Both the position numbers and the translations under genes were made by a program. Below, in pieces: positions 19,503-29,991 of a stretch of 64,000 nucleotides of DNA. Within the stretch, counting starts at the first letter, position 1, and each line of letters begins with the position of its first letter. The DNA comes from Promethearchaeota archaeon Loki_b32 (GTDB lineage Archaea > Asgardarchaeota > Lokiarchaeia > Sigyniarchaeales > SOKP01). The stretch lies in NCBI GenBank assembly GCA_005223125.1, contig NJBH01000009.1:32001-96000 (forward strand), in the 5' to 3' direction. Below the pieces are notes generated by a model. The model searched no databases, had not been told where the DNA came from, and worked only from the letters and a program-made list of their open reading frames with translations.

Positions 19503-21605
19503 TTATCCACGCATATCACTAAATTAAATTTCAAAAATTTCATGGGGTATAAGCATTTGAATTTACCTAAAGATAATGATGAATTTCCTGAAGGATTGAT
19601 TCTAGTAAGTGGAAAGAACTCCTATGGAAAATCAACGATATTGGAAGGGGTTCTTTTTGCTTTTTTTGGGCCTCGGATTTTTAGAGGAAGAAATGCAGAG
19701 TCTTTTATTACATATGGAGTTCAAGAAAAAGCTGAGATATATGTATATTTCATATTTGATAAAAAAAAATATTATATTTATCGAAAGTGGGGTAGAACAG
19801 GAAGTATTATAACAAAATTATTTGAATGGGTGAAGAATAGGAAAGTTTACCAAGAAGTAAAAAGATTTAATACTGAGAAATTTTTTGAAATCTCTTCAGA
19901 ACAAGCCATGAATACTGTCTTCGTGAGACAAGGTGAGGTAGAAGAATTAGCAAATAAAAGAGGGGCAGAATTACGAGAGATGATTATTGACTTATTTAGA
20001 TTGAATATAATTGATGATGCACTTTCTTTTTTAGATAATGAATCTAAAGGAAAAAAATATGAAAAAGAAAATCTTGAGAAATTAAGAGTCCCTATTGAGA
20101 GGATTAATAACGACATTAATCGTATTGAAAAAGAAAATTCTCAGTTAAGAAAACTAATTACAGAACAAGAAAAGAAAAAAGTGAATTATGAACAAAAAAT
20201 TAATGATTTACCTTCAAATGAATTAATATCTCAATTAGAGAATTTATATAATCAACTGAAAAGTACAAATGATAAATTCTTATCATATAAAAACGATTTT
20301 AAAGTTAAAATTAAAAAGACAGATTTAAGTATAGGAGATTTTGAATCGCAAGATACAATTATCAATAGAATAAAAACATACACCGAAAATAAAATAAAGC
20401 TAAAAAAAGAGAAGAATGAACTAGATAAGAAAAGAGAGGCTACAATTAAGGGTTTAGGGAAAACTAATGGAAGAATAGAAGACATAAAAAAATCTATTAA
20501 TAAAATGGAAAAAAGTCTGAAATTTACGATAAAGAAAGAGGGAAAGAAAATAGCATTATGTCCCACTTGTCAAAATGAGTTAACAAAGGAACATTATGAC
20601 GAAATGATTCAAAAATTCACTAATGATATTAAATTAAACCAAAATAAAGTCAAATCTATTTCACAGATATTAACGAGTTTCAATAACAACATAAAAAACT
20701 CTCAAGATAAATTAGATGCAATAAAAGAAAACATAACAATCCATCAAGGATTAAAACTGGATTTCGAGAATTATAAAAAATATGAATCAGAATTAAGAAA
20801 AATTGAAAAGGAACTTAAAAGTTTCCTTTCTGCATACGGAACTCAGTTTAAAAATTTAAGTATTGAAGGAATAAAAGAATTATCTTCTGAAAAGGAAAAA
20901 GTTTCTGTAGAATTAAAAGCACTAACAAATAGTTTGGATGAGAAAAAAGCTAAACTTCAAGCGGAACAAGAAAGAATTGGACAATTACGTAATGAAATTT
21001 TAAAAATGAAAGATTTAGAAAAAAAAATTGGAGATTATGAAGTCGATATTGACCATATAAATAAAGCTAAGGAATTTGTTCGAAGATTTGTAACTGAATA
21101 TATGGTTGTAAAACGATTAGTGAAAAATATTGCTTTAACTACTGATAAATATATTAAAGATTTCACCTCTGGGCAATATAGTGATTTACTCCTTGATTTA
21201 AGCGGAACGAGAAAAACTGGCTTATCTCTAAGAATTAAAGATAATTACAATGGTGAATACGAATCAACTGAGGTTTTATCAGGAGGAGATCGCACTGCCT
21301 TAGGAATTGCGTTACGTCTTGCAATATCAGAATTAATGAGTTCAATTCGGCCAACTAAGGACTCACCAAAAAGAAATCCAAAAATTGACTTTCTACTGTT
21401 AGATGAACCTTTAGCCGCATTGGATGAAACTCGAAGAGAAAGAATTCTAAAGCATCTAATAAAATCGAAATCATTTTCTCAAATATTTCTCATTACGCAT
21501 ACAACAATTCCCCCTGATATTCACGCCCATAAAATAATTGTTGATAAAGATATATCTACTGGAATAAGCAAAGCGAGATTTGAAAAACCCACAGTTATTA
21601 TTTAA
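19503..21605 (+). CDS. rad50: Rad50/SbcC ATPase (short coiled coil); exact start uncertain (19503-19515)
   Basis: Walker A GKNSYGKST, Q-loop VRQGE, zinc hook CPTC, LSGGD, LLDEP and ITH. The conserved first strand HITKLNFKNFMGY is encoded upstream of the ATG at 19542. Confidence 0.92.
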   Translation, partial: LSTHITKLNFKNFMGYKHLNLPKDNDEFPEGLILVSGKNSYGKSTILEGVLFAFFGPRIFRGRNAESFITYGVQEKAEIYVYFIFDKKKYYIYRKWGRTGSIITKLFEWVKNRKVYQEVKRFNTEKFFEISSEQAMNTVFVRQGEVEELANKRGAELREMIIDLFRLNIIDDALSFLDNESKGKKYEKENLEKLRVPIERINNDINRIEKENSQLRKLITEQEKKKVNYEQKINDLPSNELISQLENLYNQLKSTNDKFLSYKNDFKVKIKKTDLSIGDFESQDTIINRIKTYTENKIKLKKEKNELDKKREATIKGLGKTNGRIEDIKKSINKMEKSLKFTIKKEGKKIALCPTCQNELTKEHYDEMIQKFTNDIKLNQNKVKSISQILTSFNNNIKNSQDKLDAIKENITIHQGLKLDFENYKKYESELRKIEKELKSFLSAYGTQFKNLSIEGIKELSSEKEKVSVELKALTNSLDEKKAKLQAEQERIGQLRNEILKMKDLEKKIGDYEVDIDHINKAKEFVRRFVTEYMVVKRLVKNIALTTDKYIKDFTSGQYSDLLLDLSGTRKTGLSLRIKDNYNGEYESTEVLSGGDRTALGIALRLAISELMSSIRPTKDSPKRNPKIDFLLLDEPLAALDETRRERILKHLIKSKSFSQIFLITHTTIPPDIHAHKIIVDKDISTGISKARFEKPTVII

Positions 21606-21672
21606 TAGGTATATGTTAACCTTAATAAGAAGTATAAAATTAAAAAAAAATTAGGTTTAAAAGCAAGTGAGT

Positions 21673-21873
21673 TTATAAATCTCTTGCCTTTACTGTCTTT
21701 CTACCATTTTGTTGTGCTCGTCTAACTGCGTTATCAAGCAGATCCATGATGATGCTATTAAAAGTGTCCCCATCAAGAACACCACTGCTAGTATTGCACC
21801 CTTTCCCTTTGATATACTCCCTTACTTTTGATTTAACAAATAAAGGTTCTATTCTTGCCTCTTTTTTTGCCAT
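21673..21873 (-). CDS. Archaeal histone with truncated alpha-3 helix (face-to-face/Bd0055-like)
   Basis: LFVKSKVREYIK...AVRRAQQNGRKTVKARDL; the protein ends immediately after the R-K-T-V-x-x-x-D motif. Confidence 0.85.
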   Translation of the reverse strand: MAKKEARIEPLFVKSKVREYIKGKGCNTSSGVLDGDTFNSIIMDLLDNAVRRAQQNGRKTVKARDL

Positions 21874-22620
21874 TTTTATCTTCCTCTTTTAGAATTTTTA
21901 GGTTGATTTTATTTAAAATCGGATTTAAAATTGAAACAAATTATTTTTTTGTTAATTATTTATTTCCTAACTGTATTATTAAATGTTTTGTTATTTCACA
22001 CTAAATTTCTTATTTCCTTTTTGTCTTAAGAAATTGAAGGATAGAATCGACAATATTGATTTGTTAATAGGATTATTAACAAGAGAATATCTTCTAAATT
22101 AATAACACATTAATATACTACCTTATTTTCTTCTTTCAAAAATAAAGTTAAATCAAAATTTTCTTACAATTTTGATTTTTAAAAAAAAAATTAAGAATTA
22201 AAACTAAATTGTTATGAAATTCATAAGAAGAAGAATAAAAATTAGATTAAATCAGCGAAGAATTATATTGAAAAGATGTGATATTAATTTTTATTGACAT
22301 TAAGATTTAAATAGGAAACAATACAACGATGCTTTACATACTTTCTTATTCTTTATTACTTTTAACTAAATTTACTCTTTTATAATTCCCTTAATAACTA
22401 TAAGGTTTTTTCCTAAATAAAAAATATTTTCACGTTAATAACATTTAATAATTCTTTAATATTCTATTAATACAGACTTTAGATAAGTTCTGAAGCTTAG
22501 AGTCTAGAATTATATATTTGTAGAACTAATATTGAAAAAAAAACTAAGATACAAATTAGATTAATCAAAACAATGAAATATTGAAAGAAATTAAATAAAA
22601 TTAGCAAAGGTGTAAATATA

Positions 22621-22902
22621 TTGTCGAATAGAGATGAAAACGCAGTATTTGTGGGTCGTAGACCCACAATGAACTACGTCATGGCCACTATGATGATTCT
22701 CAATAAAGGAGAAGAATGTACAGTGAAAGCTCGAGGTAGAGCCATTTCACATGCCGTTGACGTGTGTGAAATCCTTAGAAACAGATTCCTTAAAGGAACC
22801 GAGTACAAGGATATCAGACTTTCCACCGAACAATTAGAAGGAGAAAATGGTCAAAGCAATAACGTTTCAAGCATTGAAATTGTACTTACTCCTCCAAAAT
22901 AA
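22621..22902 (+). CDS. albA: Alba chromatin protein
   Basis: VFVGRRPTMNYV, KARGRAISHAVDV and NVSSIEIVL motifs. Confidence 0.95.
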   Translation: MSNRDENAVFVGRRPTMNYVMATMMILNKGEECTVKARGRAISHAVDVCEILRNRFLKGTEYKDIRLSTEQLEGENGQSNNVSSIEIVLTPPK

Positions 22903-23128
22903 GCTAACAAGTTCGGTAATACATCAATACAATAAAACTACTTTTTTTTATTTATTTTTATTATTGTTTAAATTGTAAATTGTTTAGAACTTATAAACAA
23001 TAAAAGAATATAATTTTAGATAAATTGCACCAACTATGTAAGGAAATTATCTTTCATACTTTTCAAAAAAATTATGAGATTTTAGTAGTTAGAACTTTTT
23101 TAAAAAAAAAGAATTTTTATGTATTGAA

Positions 23129-23347
23129 TTAAAAGCCTTTCAATTTAACACCAAGGTAGAAGAAAAACCATGTAAGAAAAAATAGTATCAAAGCAATAAC
23201 AAACCATCCATTATATCCAAACAAATCAAATGTGGGTAAGAAAGGATCCCAAATGTCCATTACAATGTCCATGAAGATAAATATCCCGAGTACCATACAA
23301 AGAAATGTAAGTATAACACAAAATTTACTTGGAGGAGTCCATCCCAT
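23129..23347 (-). CDS. Small two-TM membrane protein
   Basis: 72 aa with two hydrophobic helices; AGGTGA RBS upstream. Confidence 0.7.
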   Translation of the reverse strand: MGWTPPSKFCVILTFLCMVLGIFIFMDIVMDIWDPFLPTFDLFGYNGWFVIALILFFLTWFFFYLGVKLKGF

Positions 23348-23467
23348 TTATTAATCACCTAATTTTTTATTAGAATTTTTTGTTATGATAAAATAAAATA
23401 ACATAATTGAAAGTATAATAAAATAAGATTGACTCCTTTTTAAAGTAGATAGATTGGTCTTTATGTT

Positions 23468-24181
23468 TTAGGAATCCAATTCATCGTATTTAGTATAATC
23501 TAATTCGAGTTCTTGTACTGTATCTTCATCATTAGCCTTTGGACTATAGATAAATTTTTGGTCTCCTTTCTTTTTACTTTTAACCTCAACATCTTCTTTT
23601 TTAACAATATCCCATATAATACTAATTATGAGTAAAGCCGATACAATAACTAAAAGCGGAATTAATAATCCTGAATCCGTTAAAACAATCTTTACCCACC
23701 CTATATAAGGAATTCTTCCACATACAAGACCTAAAATTCTACCCTCTGGAACCCAAGCATCATCTGGAAATGGATTAGCATCTCCTTTAGTTAGGAAAAA
23801 CCAACCGTTGTCATACATTTTATCAACAACTCGATGAACAATTGGATCATTTGGGGCATGTATCCAAAGATCACGAGCATTAAATACGATTACATCCCCC
23901 TCTTTTCCCTCAATAGTTCCATTCTTAATTGTGGCAGGATCTTTTCCCTTTAGAAACAATAAATCCCCCTTAAGTAAATTTGGTTCCATAGAACCCGAAA
24001 CCACGACAACCATGGGAGTTTTAGTATTTAAAGTGATTTGCATAATAAAATAGATTAAAAAAGATCCTGAAAACGCTAAAACTATTAACACAACCGCAAT
24101 GATTATTTTTTTCTTTGAGGTTTGTTCTTTCTTCTTTAATTTTTTCTCATTAAAAGCCTTTCTAAAATCCTCTTTTTCCAT
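23468..24181 (-). CDS. Signal peptidase I (S26B, Sec11-type)
   Basis: VVVSGSMEP, IVHRV, TKGDAN and IPYIG motifs; likely start is MEKEDF at 24181. Confidence 0.92.
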   Translation of the reverse strand: MEKEDFRKAFNEKKLKKKEQTSKKKIIIAVVLIVLAFSGSFLIYFIMQITLNTKTPMVVVVSGSMEPNLLKGDLLFLKGKDPATIKNGTIEGKEGDVIVFNARDLWIHAPNDPIVHRVVDKMYDNGWFFLTKGDANPFPDDAWVPEGRILGLVCGRIPYIGWVKIVLTDSGLLIPLLVIVSALLIISIIWDIVKKEDVEVKSKKKGDQKFIYSPKANDEDTVQELELDYTKYDELDS

Positions 24182-24398
24182 AACAAAAAAATCAGCTATT
24201 CTATGGTCAAAATAAATAAAAATACCAATATAAATTTTCTTAGCATAACAGATCAAATTTGGAATAATAATATTCTCAATTTACTAATTTACAGAATAAA
24301 CGATATCAGAAGAGTAACATTTTAAATAAAAAAATCTAGAATAAAATTATCCATATTGAAGGAAAAGAGTTATTTTAAATAGGGTTAAGAACATTAAA

Positions 24399-25193
24399 AT
24401 GTTAGAACGAAGCCACTCATTTGAATTAAGAGATAAAAATTACGATGATATCCAAAGAATAATGGAAAATGTTTTAGAAAAAGACTTATCCTTTTCAACT
24501 GATTCTAAGAGAGTGGGAAGATCCTTACTCAGAATAAATTATTTTGATACTAATGTAGATAAGGAGCAACAAAAAAATAATAGAATTACAATATTAAAAG
24601 AGTCTGAAAAAAGAATTTATATTCAAATAAATGGAAAATTAACAGATTCACAAGTAGAACATTTATGGAACGAATTTGAGAAAAATCTGAATAATTCTAT
24701 GAAAGTAGAGAAGGTTACAAAACCAATACCTTCAAAAGATAAAATTGTTCAGGAAATTAAAAATCTAATTGATGAGAGAGGATACATAGTTCAAAATGAA
24801 GATGTTCAAGAATTTTTTGAAAATTTTATAGAAAAATACACTAGATTTCCACGGGAGGATGAAATTAATTCAATAGTTAAGGGTTATATCATGATGGTAA
24901 ACGATGAAAAACTATTTGATGAGAAAGATATTGATAAAACAATAAATGAAAAGAAATTAGATATTTCCGAACCCGTTTTAGGAACAACTCAAAGAGAAAT
25001 ATCACTAACCTCTACTGATAATACTGTTTTAGCAATGTCAGAGGGAGTTGGACGTAGAAAATGTCCAGCTTGTGGAAATGATGGGTTAATACATGAAATG
25101 GATGATAAAAGCGTGATTCTCATGGATTATCCTAAGATTTATGCGAAGAAAAATTGTTGTTCACAATGCGGATATGAATGGAGAACTCATTAA
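24399..25193 (+). CDS. Hypothetical protein with a C-terminal zinc ribbon
   Basis: RRKCPACGN...IHEMDDKS..LMDYPKIY..K.CCSQCGYEW. Confidence 0.65.
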   Translation: MLERSHSFELRDKNYDDIQRIMENVLEKDLSFSTDSKRVGRSLLRINYFDTNVDKEQQKNNRITILKESEKRIYIQINGKLTDSQVEHLWNEFEKNLNNSMKVEKVTKPIPSKDKIVQEIKNLIDERGYIVQNEDVQEFFENFIEKYTRFPREDEINSIVKGYIMMVNDEKLFDEKDIDKTINEKKLDISEPVLGTTQREISLTSTDNTVLAMSEGVGRRKCPACGNDGLIHEMDDKSVILMDYPKIYAKKNCCSQCGYEWRTH

Positions 25194-25294
25194 ATTTAAA
25201 CACTTCTTCTAAATATTAATTAAAAATAGTTTTAAATAGTATATAATTTAAAATATTGATTAAGCTATTTTGAATAAATAAATTACTATAAAAT

Positions 25295-26260
25295 TTGATA
25301 AATATGGAAGATTATGCTATTATTTATAATCCTATTGCTGGTATAGCAGAAAAGACACAGGAAGATATTGAATATGCATGCCAATGCTTAGATAATTTAA
25401 AGGTTTCGTATAAGTTGTTTAAAAGTGAATATGCAGGTCACACATTAGAATTAGCTAATCAACTTGCAAAAGATGGGTATCGTGTGATAGGAGTTGGTGG
25501 AGATGGTACGTGTAATGAAGTATTCCATGGAGTCATAACCTCTGACTCTGGTGCATTATGTGGATTCATACCTATGGGATCTGGAAATGATATTCCTGCG
25601 GTAATTGGTATAATACCAAATATTAAAAGAGCGTGTGAAATAATTGCGGAAGGCCATTCTAGCAAATCTGATATTGGGTTTGCTAATACCGATGAGGGTG
25701 TCGAACGCTATTTTTTAGGAATAGGAAGTCAAGGTTTTGATAGTGAAGTGGCAAGACGGGTTAATGAAGAGGACGTGAAAAATTATAATATGATGGTCCT
25801 GAAAACAATATTCTCTTGGAAAAATAGAGAAATTATTGTGAAGATGGATAACAACAATTACGAGGGCTATGCAAACTTGGTAGCGGTTGGAAATGGAGGT
25901 TCTTATGGAGGGGGAATGTATATTTGTCAAAGAGCACGAATAGATGACGGTTTATTTGATATCAGTGTTGCAAATATTGGTAAATTAAAGCTGATATTGC
26001 AGTTTAAGAGAATGTATTCGGCATCATTACTACCTCACCCTAATGTGACTGAATATCGGAGTAAAAAAGTTAGAATAGAAATGAAAAATTCTAATGATTT
26101 ACCTTATCTATGTCAAGTTGATGGTGAAATTCTTGGTCCTTTACCGGTAACCTATGAAACTATTAAAAATGGTTATGAATTTATACACCCGAAGACTGAT
26201 GAAGTAGCAGAAGCTTTTAAGGTTAAATATGGAAGATATTTTTATGAGTATTCCCACTAA
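25295..26260 (+). CDS. Diacylglycerol/lipid kinase family protein (YegS/DAGK)
   Basis: IYNPIAG, GGDGT, PMGSGND, GFDSEV, YGGG, DDGLFD and QVDGE motifs. Confidence 0.9.
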   Translation: MINMEDYAIIYNPIAGIAEKTQEDIEYACQCLDNLKVSYKLFKSEYAGHTLELANQLAKDGYRVIGVGGDGTCNEVFHGVITSDSGALCGFIPMGSGNDIPAVIGIIPNIKRACEIIAEGHSSKSDIGFANTDEGVERYFLGIGSQGFDSEVARRVNEEDVKNYNMMVLKTIFSWKNREIIVKMDNNNYEGYANLVAVGNGGSYGGGMYICQRARIDDGLFDISVANIGKLKLILQFKRMYSASLLPHPNVTEYRSKKVRIEMKNSNDLPYLCQVDGEILGPLPVTYETIKNGYEFIHPKTDEVAEAFKVKYGRYFYEYSH

Positions 26261-26301
26261 CTATTTTTTTAAAACTTAATTCGAAAAAGTAATTATTAAC
26301 T

Positions 26302-26925
26302 ATGTCCGAATGGGACCAGATTTTCTCTGAAAAAGGTAAAGTTTTCACGGAACCTCATCCTGACATAGAGAGAATAATTAAATTTTTCAAAGAAAAAGGA
26401 GTTAGACGAGTTTTAGACCTTGGATGTGGAACAGGTCGTCACCTAATTTATTTATCTAAAAAAGGATTTGAAGTATTTGGTTTAGATGCCTCACCTAAAG
26501 CTTTAGAGATTTCAGAGAAATGGCTCAACGAGGAAAAAGAAAAAGCAATATTACAATTACATAGAATAGAACATGAATTTCCTTATGAAAATGGTTTTTT
26601 TGATGCTATAATTTCAATTCAAGTAATCCATCATAATTTAATGAAAGACATTATATTTACAATCAATGAAATTGAAAGAATCTTAAAGTCTAAAGGTATA
26701 ATATATATTACTTTTCCAAGACTAGGAGGGGGATCAAAAATAGATAATTGGGAATTAAAAGAAATTGAGAAAGGTACATATATTCCACAAGCAGGTCGAG
26801 AAAAAGGGCTTCCTCATCATTTCTTTACTATAGAAGAAATTAATGAAGTATTCAAATCATTTAATTTATTAGAGATCTATGATGACAGAACGAACCATCG
26901 GGCAATCCTTGGGATTAAGAAGTAG
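26302..26925 (+). CDS. Class I SAM-dependent methyltransferase
   Basis: VLDLGCGTGRH, GLDAS, FDAIIS..VIHH and RILKSKG motifs. Confidence 0.88.
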   Translation: MSEWDQIFSEKGKVFTEPHPDIERIIKFFKEKGVRRVLDLGCGTGRHLIYLSKKGFEVFGLDASPKALEISEKWLNEEKEKAILQLHRIEHEFPYENGFFDAIISIQVIHHNLMKDIIFTINEIERILKSKGIIYITFPRLGGGSKIDNWELKEIEKGTYIPQAGREKGLPHHFFTIEEINEVFKSFNLLEIYDDRTNHRAILGIKK

Positions 26926-28096
26926 ATAATAAATTCTTTCCTTCAATAAGTTTATTTTTTTCTTTTGAAACTCCTCTTGAAACGATCAGTATTACTACAA
27001 TTACACCCGCAAATGCGATTACAACTACAATAGTTATTTTTGTTTCATTATCTATAACATTAATATCCTCATTCCAAGGAAAATCTCCTTGATATTGGTT
27101 ATTAGGGTCATTATTGTAATTATTATGCATAAATTGTTCTACAGTTTTACCAGTAACATCAAGACTGGAATTGGAAATATGATTAATATCATCTTGTGTA
27201 GTATGATGATATGACCATTCGGGATTATTCCAAAAATTAATAATTAGATCAGCTGAAGGGGTACCATTATTTATAAATGCTCTGTGATCGTCTATTATTG
27301 AAGCACTATCTGGATTTGATGGAAATTGAGAAGTAAACCCTAGTTGCCTTCCGATAGCAAATAATTCATCTAATAATGAAGAAGTAGAATACTGTTCATT
27401 GATAAATCGTAAACTTTCTCCTCCTACCATATCTAATAAAATCATACAATCAAGGGTCTCTGTTGCAGAATTATAAAAATTATTTATTTCACTAACAAAT
27501 TCTTGAGAGCCCTCGCACCAATCCCAACCATCTATTCCATAAGCATTATCTCTTCCTTGATCTTCAGCATCAAAAAACAAAAACCAGATTTGGCAAGCTA
27601 AATTCGCTCTTTGATCATAAAGAACTCTAGCAAGCTCTATAAGAACAGCACTTCCACTAGCTCCATCATTAGCGCCTGGAACAGGACTATCTCTATTTGT
27701 TAAGACAGGATCTTTAGTAGCTTTTGCGCGAGAATCGTAATGCGTTCCTAGTATTACAATATTTGATTTATGTTCATTTAGTTTAAAAAGCACATTTTGA
27801 CATTCAGTTAGATGAGCAGTAAAGTTATGCAAAAGATAAGTGAAATTACTATCAATTTGTTCAAATTTGGATATAAAATAATTTGCACAATCCTTACGCT
27901 CCTGTGTTCCAGGAATTCGAAAACCAATATCTAGCTGATCTTGAACATAAGAATAAGCATTATTACCATTAAATTGTAAATCTACGTCATAATTTTTGAT
28001 ATTTAAATTTTTTGAAGGGAAATATAAATAGATAATAGAAAGTATTAGAATTAATAAAAAGATGCTTGAAATAAAGATACTGTATCTTTTTTTTAT
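26915..28096 (-). CDS. M28-family peptidase / glutaminyl-cyclase-like, with N-terminal signal/TM and C-terminal TM anchor
   Basis: HYDSR, GANDGASG, DAED, LDMVG, DDH and HHT motifs. The frame extends 88 codons upstream of the track start through FNGNNAYSYVQDQLDIGFRIPGT and a signal helix to ATA at 28096, 6 nt after GGTGA. Confidence 0.85.
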   Translation of the reverse strand: MKKRYSIFISSIFLLILILSIIYLYFPSKNLNIKNYDVDLQFNGNNAYSYVQDQLDIGFRIPGTQERKDCANYFISKFEQIDSNFTYLLHNFTAHLTECQNVLFKLNEHKSNIVILGTHYDSRAKATKDPVLTNRDSPVPGANDGASGSAVLIELARVLYDQRANLACQIWFLFFDAEDQGRDNAYGIDGWDWCEGSQEFVSEINNFYNSATETLDCMILLDMVGGESLRFINEQYSTSSLLDELFAIGRQLGFTSQFPSNPDSASIIDDHRAFINNGTPSADLIINFWNNPEWSYHHTTQDDINHISNSSLDVTGKTVEQFMHNNYNNDPNNQYQGDFPWNEDINVIDNETKITIVVVIAFAGVIVVILIVSRGVSKEKNKLIEGKNLLSTS

Positions 28097-28186
28097 GCAA
28101 ATTCACCAAATTATGACAAAAATAATAGAAATATAATATTATAAAACGTAAAATTAAAAAATAAAAATATAATTAATTTTTAGATT

Positions 28187-28615
28187 CTAAACGGGCTCAA
28201 AGCCAAGATCCACCCTTATTTCTCCACCTTGTAATTCCGTCTCTAAGAATGTTACTTGGACAGGGGTATTTATTTTAATGTCATCTGGTTTAGTTTCATC
28301 AACACCAACCAATTGTCCTGAAATCATTGGTCCTTCATTAAGTTCTATTACAGAGAAACAATAAGGTTTTTTCATCGAATAACCTTTATTTACCATAAAA
28401 GAAGTTCCTACACCAATACAAGAAAAAGCTGCGATTTTACCTTTCCCTGACATTTCAACCCATTCCATATCAGTAGAGTTGCATTTTATACATAATTTTC
28501 TTGGAGGAACATCAAATGTACCACATTTTTTACACTTAGAGCCCATCAATTTCTTATTGTTAATATAATCCAGATAATTTTGAACAGTTATTTCTTTTTC
28601 TTCTGGCATATTCAA
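28187..28615 (-). CDS. DUF35 Zn-ribbon/OB-fold protein (thiolase partner)
   Basis: GSKCKKCG...PPR..C.KC, GKGKI, PY..VIELNEG motifs; directly downstream of the thiolase. Confidence 0.9.
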   Translation of the reverse strand: MNMPEEKEITVQNYLDYINNKKLMGSKCKKCGTFDVPPRKLCIKCNSTDMEWVEMSGKGKIAAFSCIGVGTSFMVNKGYSMKKPYCFSVIELNEGPMISGQLVGVDETKPDDIKINTPVQVTFLETELQGGEIRVDLGFEPV

Positions 28616-28630
28616 CTTTTCACCTTTTTT

Positions 28631-29890
28631 TTATTTTTCATAGATTGTAACCACACATGTGGCACCAGATCCTCCTAAATTATGAGTTAGGGCCTTTTCA
28701 ACATCAAATTTTACTTGTCTATTTCTTTCAGCAATACCACGCATTTGTTTAAAGGTTTCTACTGCCATAGCGGCTCCGGTCGCACCAACAGGATGTCCTT
28801 TCGATTTTAATCCTCCAGAAGTGTTAATTGGTCTTATTCCATCTCTCTTTGTTTCACCGTTTTTAATAGCTTCTGCTGCTTTACCCTTCTCATAAAAACC
28901 TAAATCTTCTAATGCGATTAACTCTGCAATTGTAAAACAGTCATGTACTTCGGCAATCTGTATATCTTTTGGTCCTAAGCCCGACATTTCATAAGCCTGT
29001 CTAGCTGCCTCTCGAGCTGCTATAAAACCAGTAATCTCACCTCGATCATGTAAAGAAAGCGCCGCACTTCCTTGTCCAGAGCCAGTTATCCAGATCGGTG
29101 TGTCAGTATACTTCTTTGCAACATCTTCCGCTGCCAAAAATACGCAAGCCGCCCCATCTGTAACTAATGAGCAATCAAATAATCTTAGGGGAGAAGCAAT
29201 CATAGGATTTGACGAGCTTCCTAAGAAATCCATTTCGTCTTTCCAATCAGGTATATCTCTTCCTTGAGATTCGAATTTCTTTATTTTACTCGCCATTATC
29301 TCTTTTAAGGATTGTTGCATTTGAGCATATGGATTTTCTTTTCCATTTTCATGGTTTTTTATCGCAATTCGCTTTAAATCATCGTGTGTAGTACCATATT
29401 TGTGGAAATGTGCAGAAGCTGCTGCTGCATATAATCCTGGAAAAGTGGCACCTGCAGGATATTCAAATAAATTATCTGAAGCGGTTGCTAAAGTATCAGT
29501 TACTAATGTAGTAGATACTTCTGTCATACACTCTACACCACTTATAGCTACAATATCGTGTACACCTGAAGCAATTGCTAATATCCCTTGACGAAACGCA
29601 ACACCGCTGCTAGCACATGCACCCTCAAATCTCGCAGCGGGTTTTGGAGTTAATCCAACCAAATTAGCCATTTGAGGTCCTAAATGTCCCTGATGGTTAA
29701 ACAAATCTGAGGAGTAATTTCCAACATAACATGCATCAATATCCTTAGGTTCAATACCATTGTCTACTCTATTCACAGCATCAATCCAAGCATCAACCCA
29801 CATATCGGGATTACGCTTAAGAGGAAAATTCCGTCCGAATTTACACATTCCAGCACCAATAATAGCGACTTTTCTAGCTAGTTTTCCCAT
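28631..29890 (-). CDS. Thiolase (archaeal/SCP2-thiolase type)
   Basis: EGACASS, DCSLVTDGAA, EVHDCF, GHPVGATG and HNLGG motifs. Confidence 0.93.
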   Translation of the reverse strand: MGKLARKVAIIGAGMCKFGRNFPLKRNPDMWVDAWIDAVNRVDNGIEPKDIDACYVGNYSSDLFNHQGHLGPQMANLVGLTPKPAARFEGACASSGVAFRQGILAIASGVHDIVAISGVECMTEVSTTLVTDTLATASDNLFEYPAGATFPGLYAAAASAHFHKYGTTHDDLKRIAIKNHENGKENPYAQMQQSLKEIMASKIKKFESQGRDIPDWKDEMDFLGSSSNPMIASPLRLFDCSLVTDGAACVFLAAEDVAKKYTDTPIWITGSGQGSAALSLHDRGEITGFIAAREAARQAYEMSGLGPKDIQIAEVHDCFTIAELIALEDLGFYEKGKAAEAIKNGETKRDGIRPINTSGGLKSKGHPVGATGAAMAVETFKQMRGIAERNRQVKFDVEKALTHNLGGSGATCVVTIYEK

Positions 29891-29991
29891 AATTTCACCA
29901 TTTTTTGATATTAATCTTTATTATTTTTGAATTTAAAGAATTGAATTATCTAAAAATTATATTTCTTATTATTTTATCAAAAAGTTAACAC

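Noticed and set aside
21874-22620. Possible replication origin in the long AT-rich gap
   Set aside because: No ORB-like repeats recognised and no cdc6/orc1 gene nearby.
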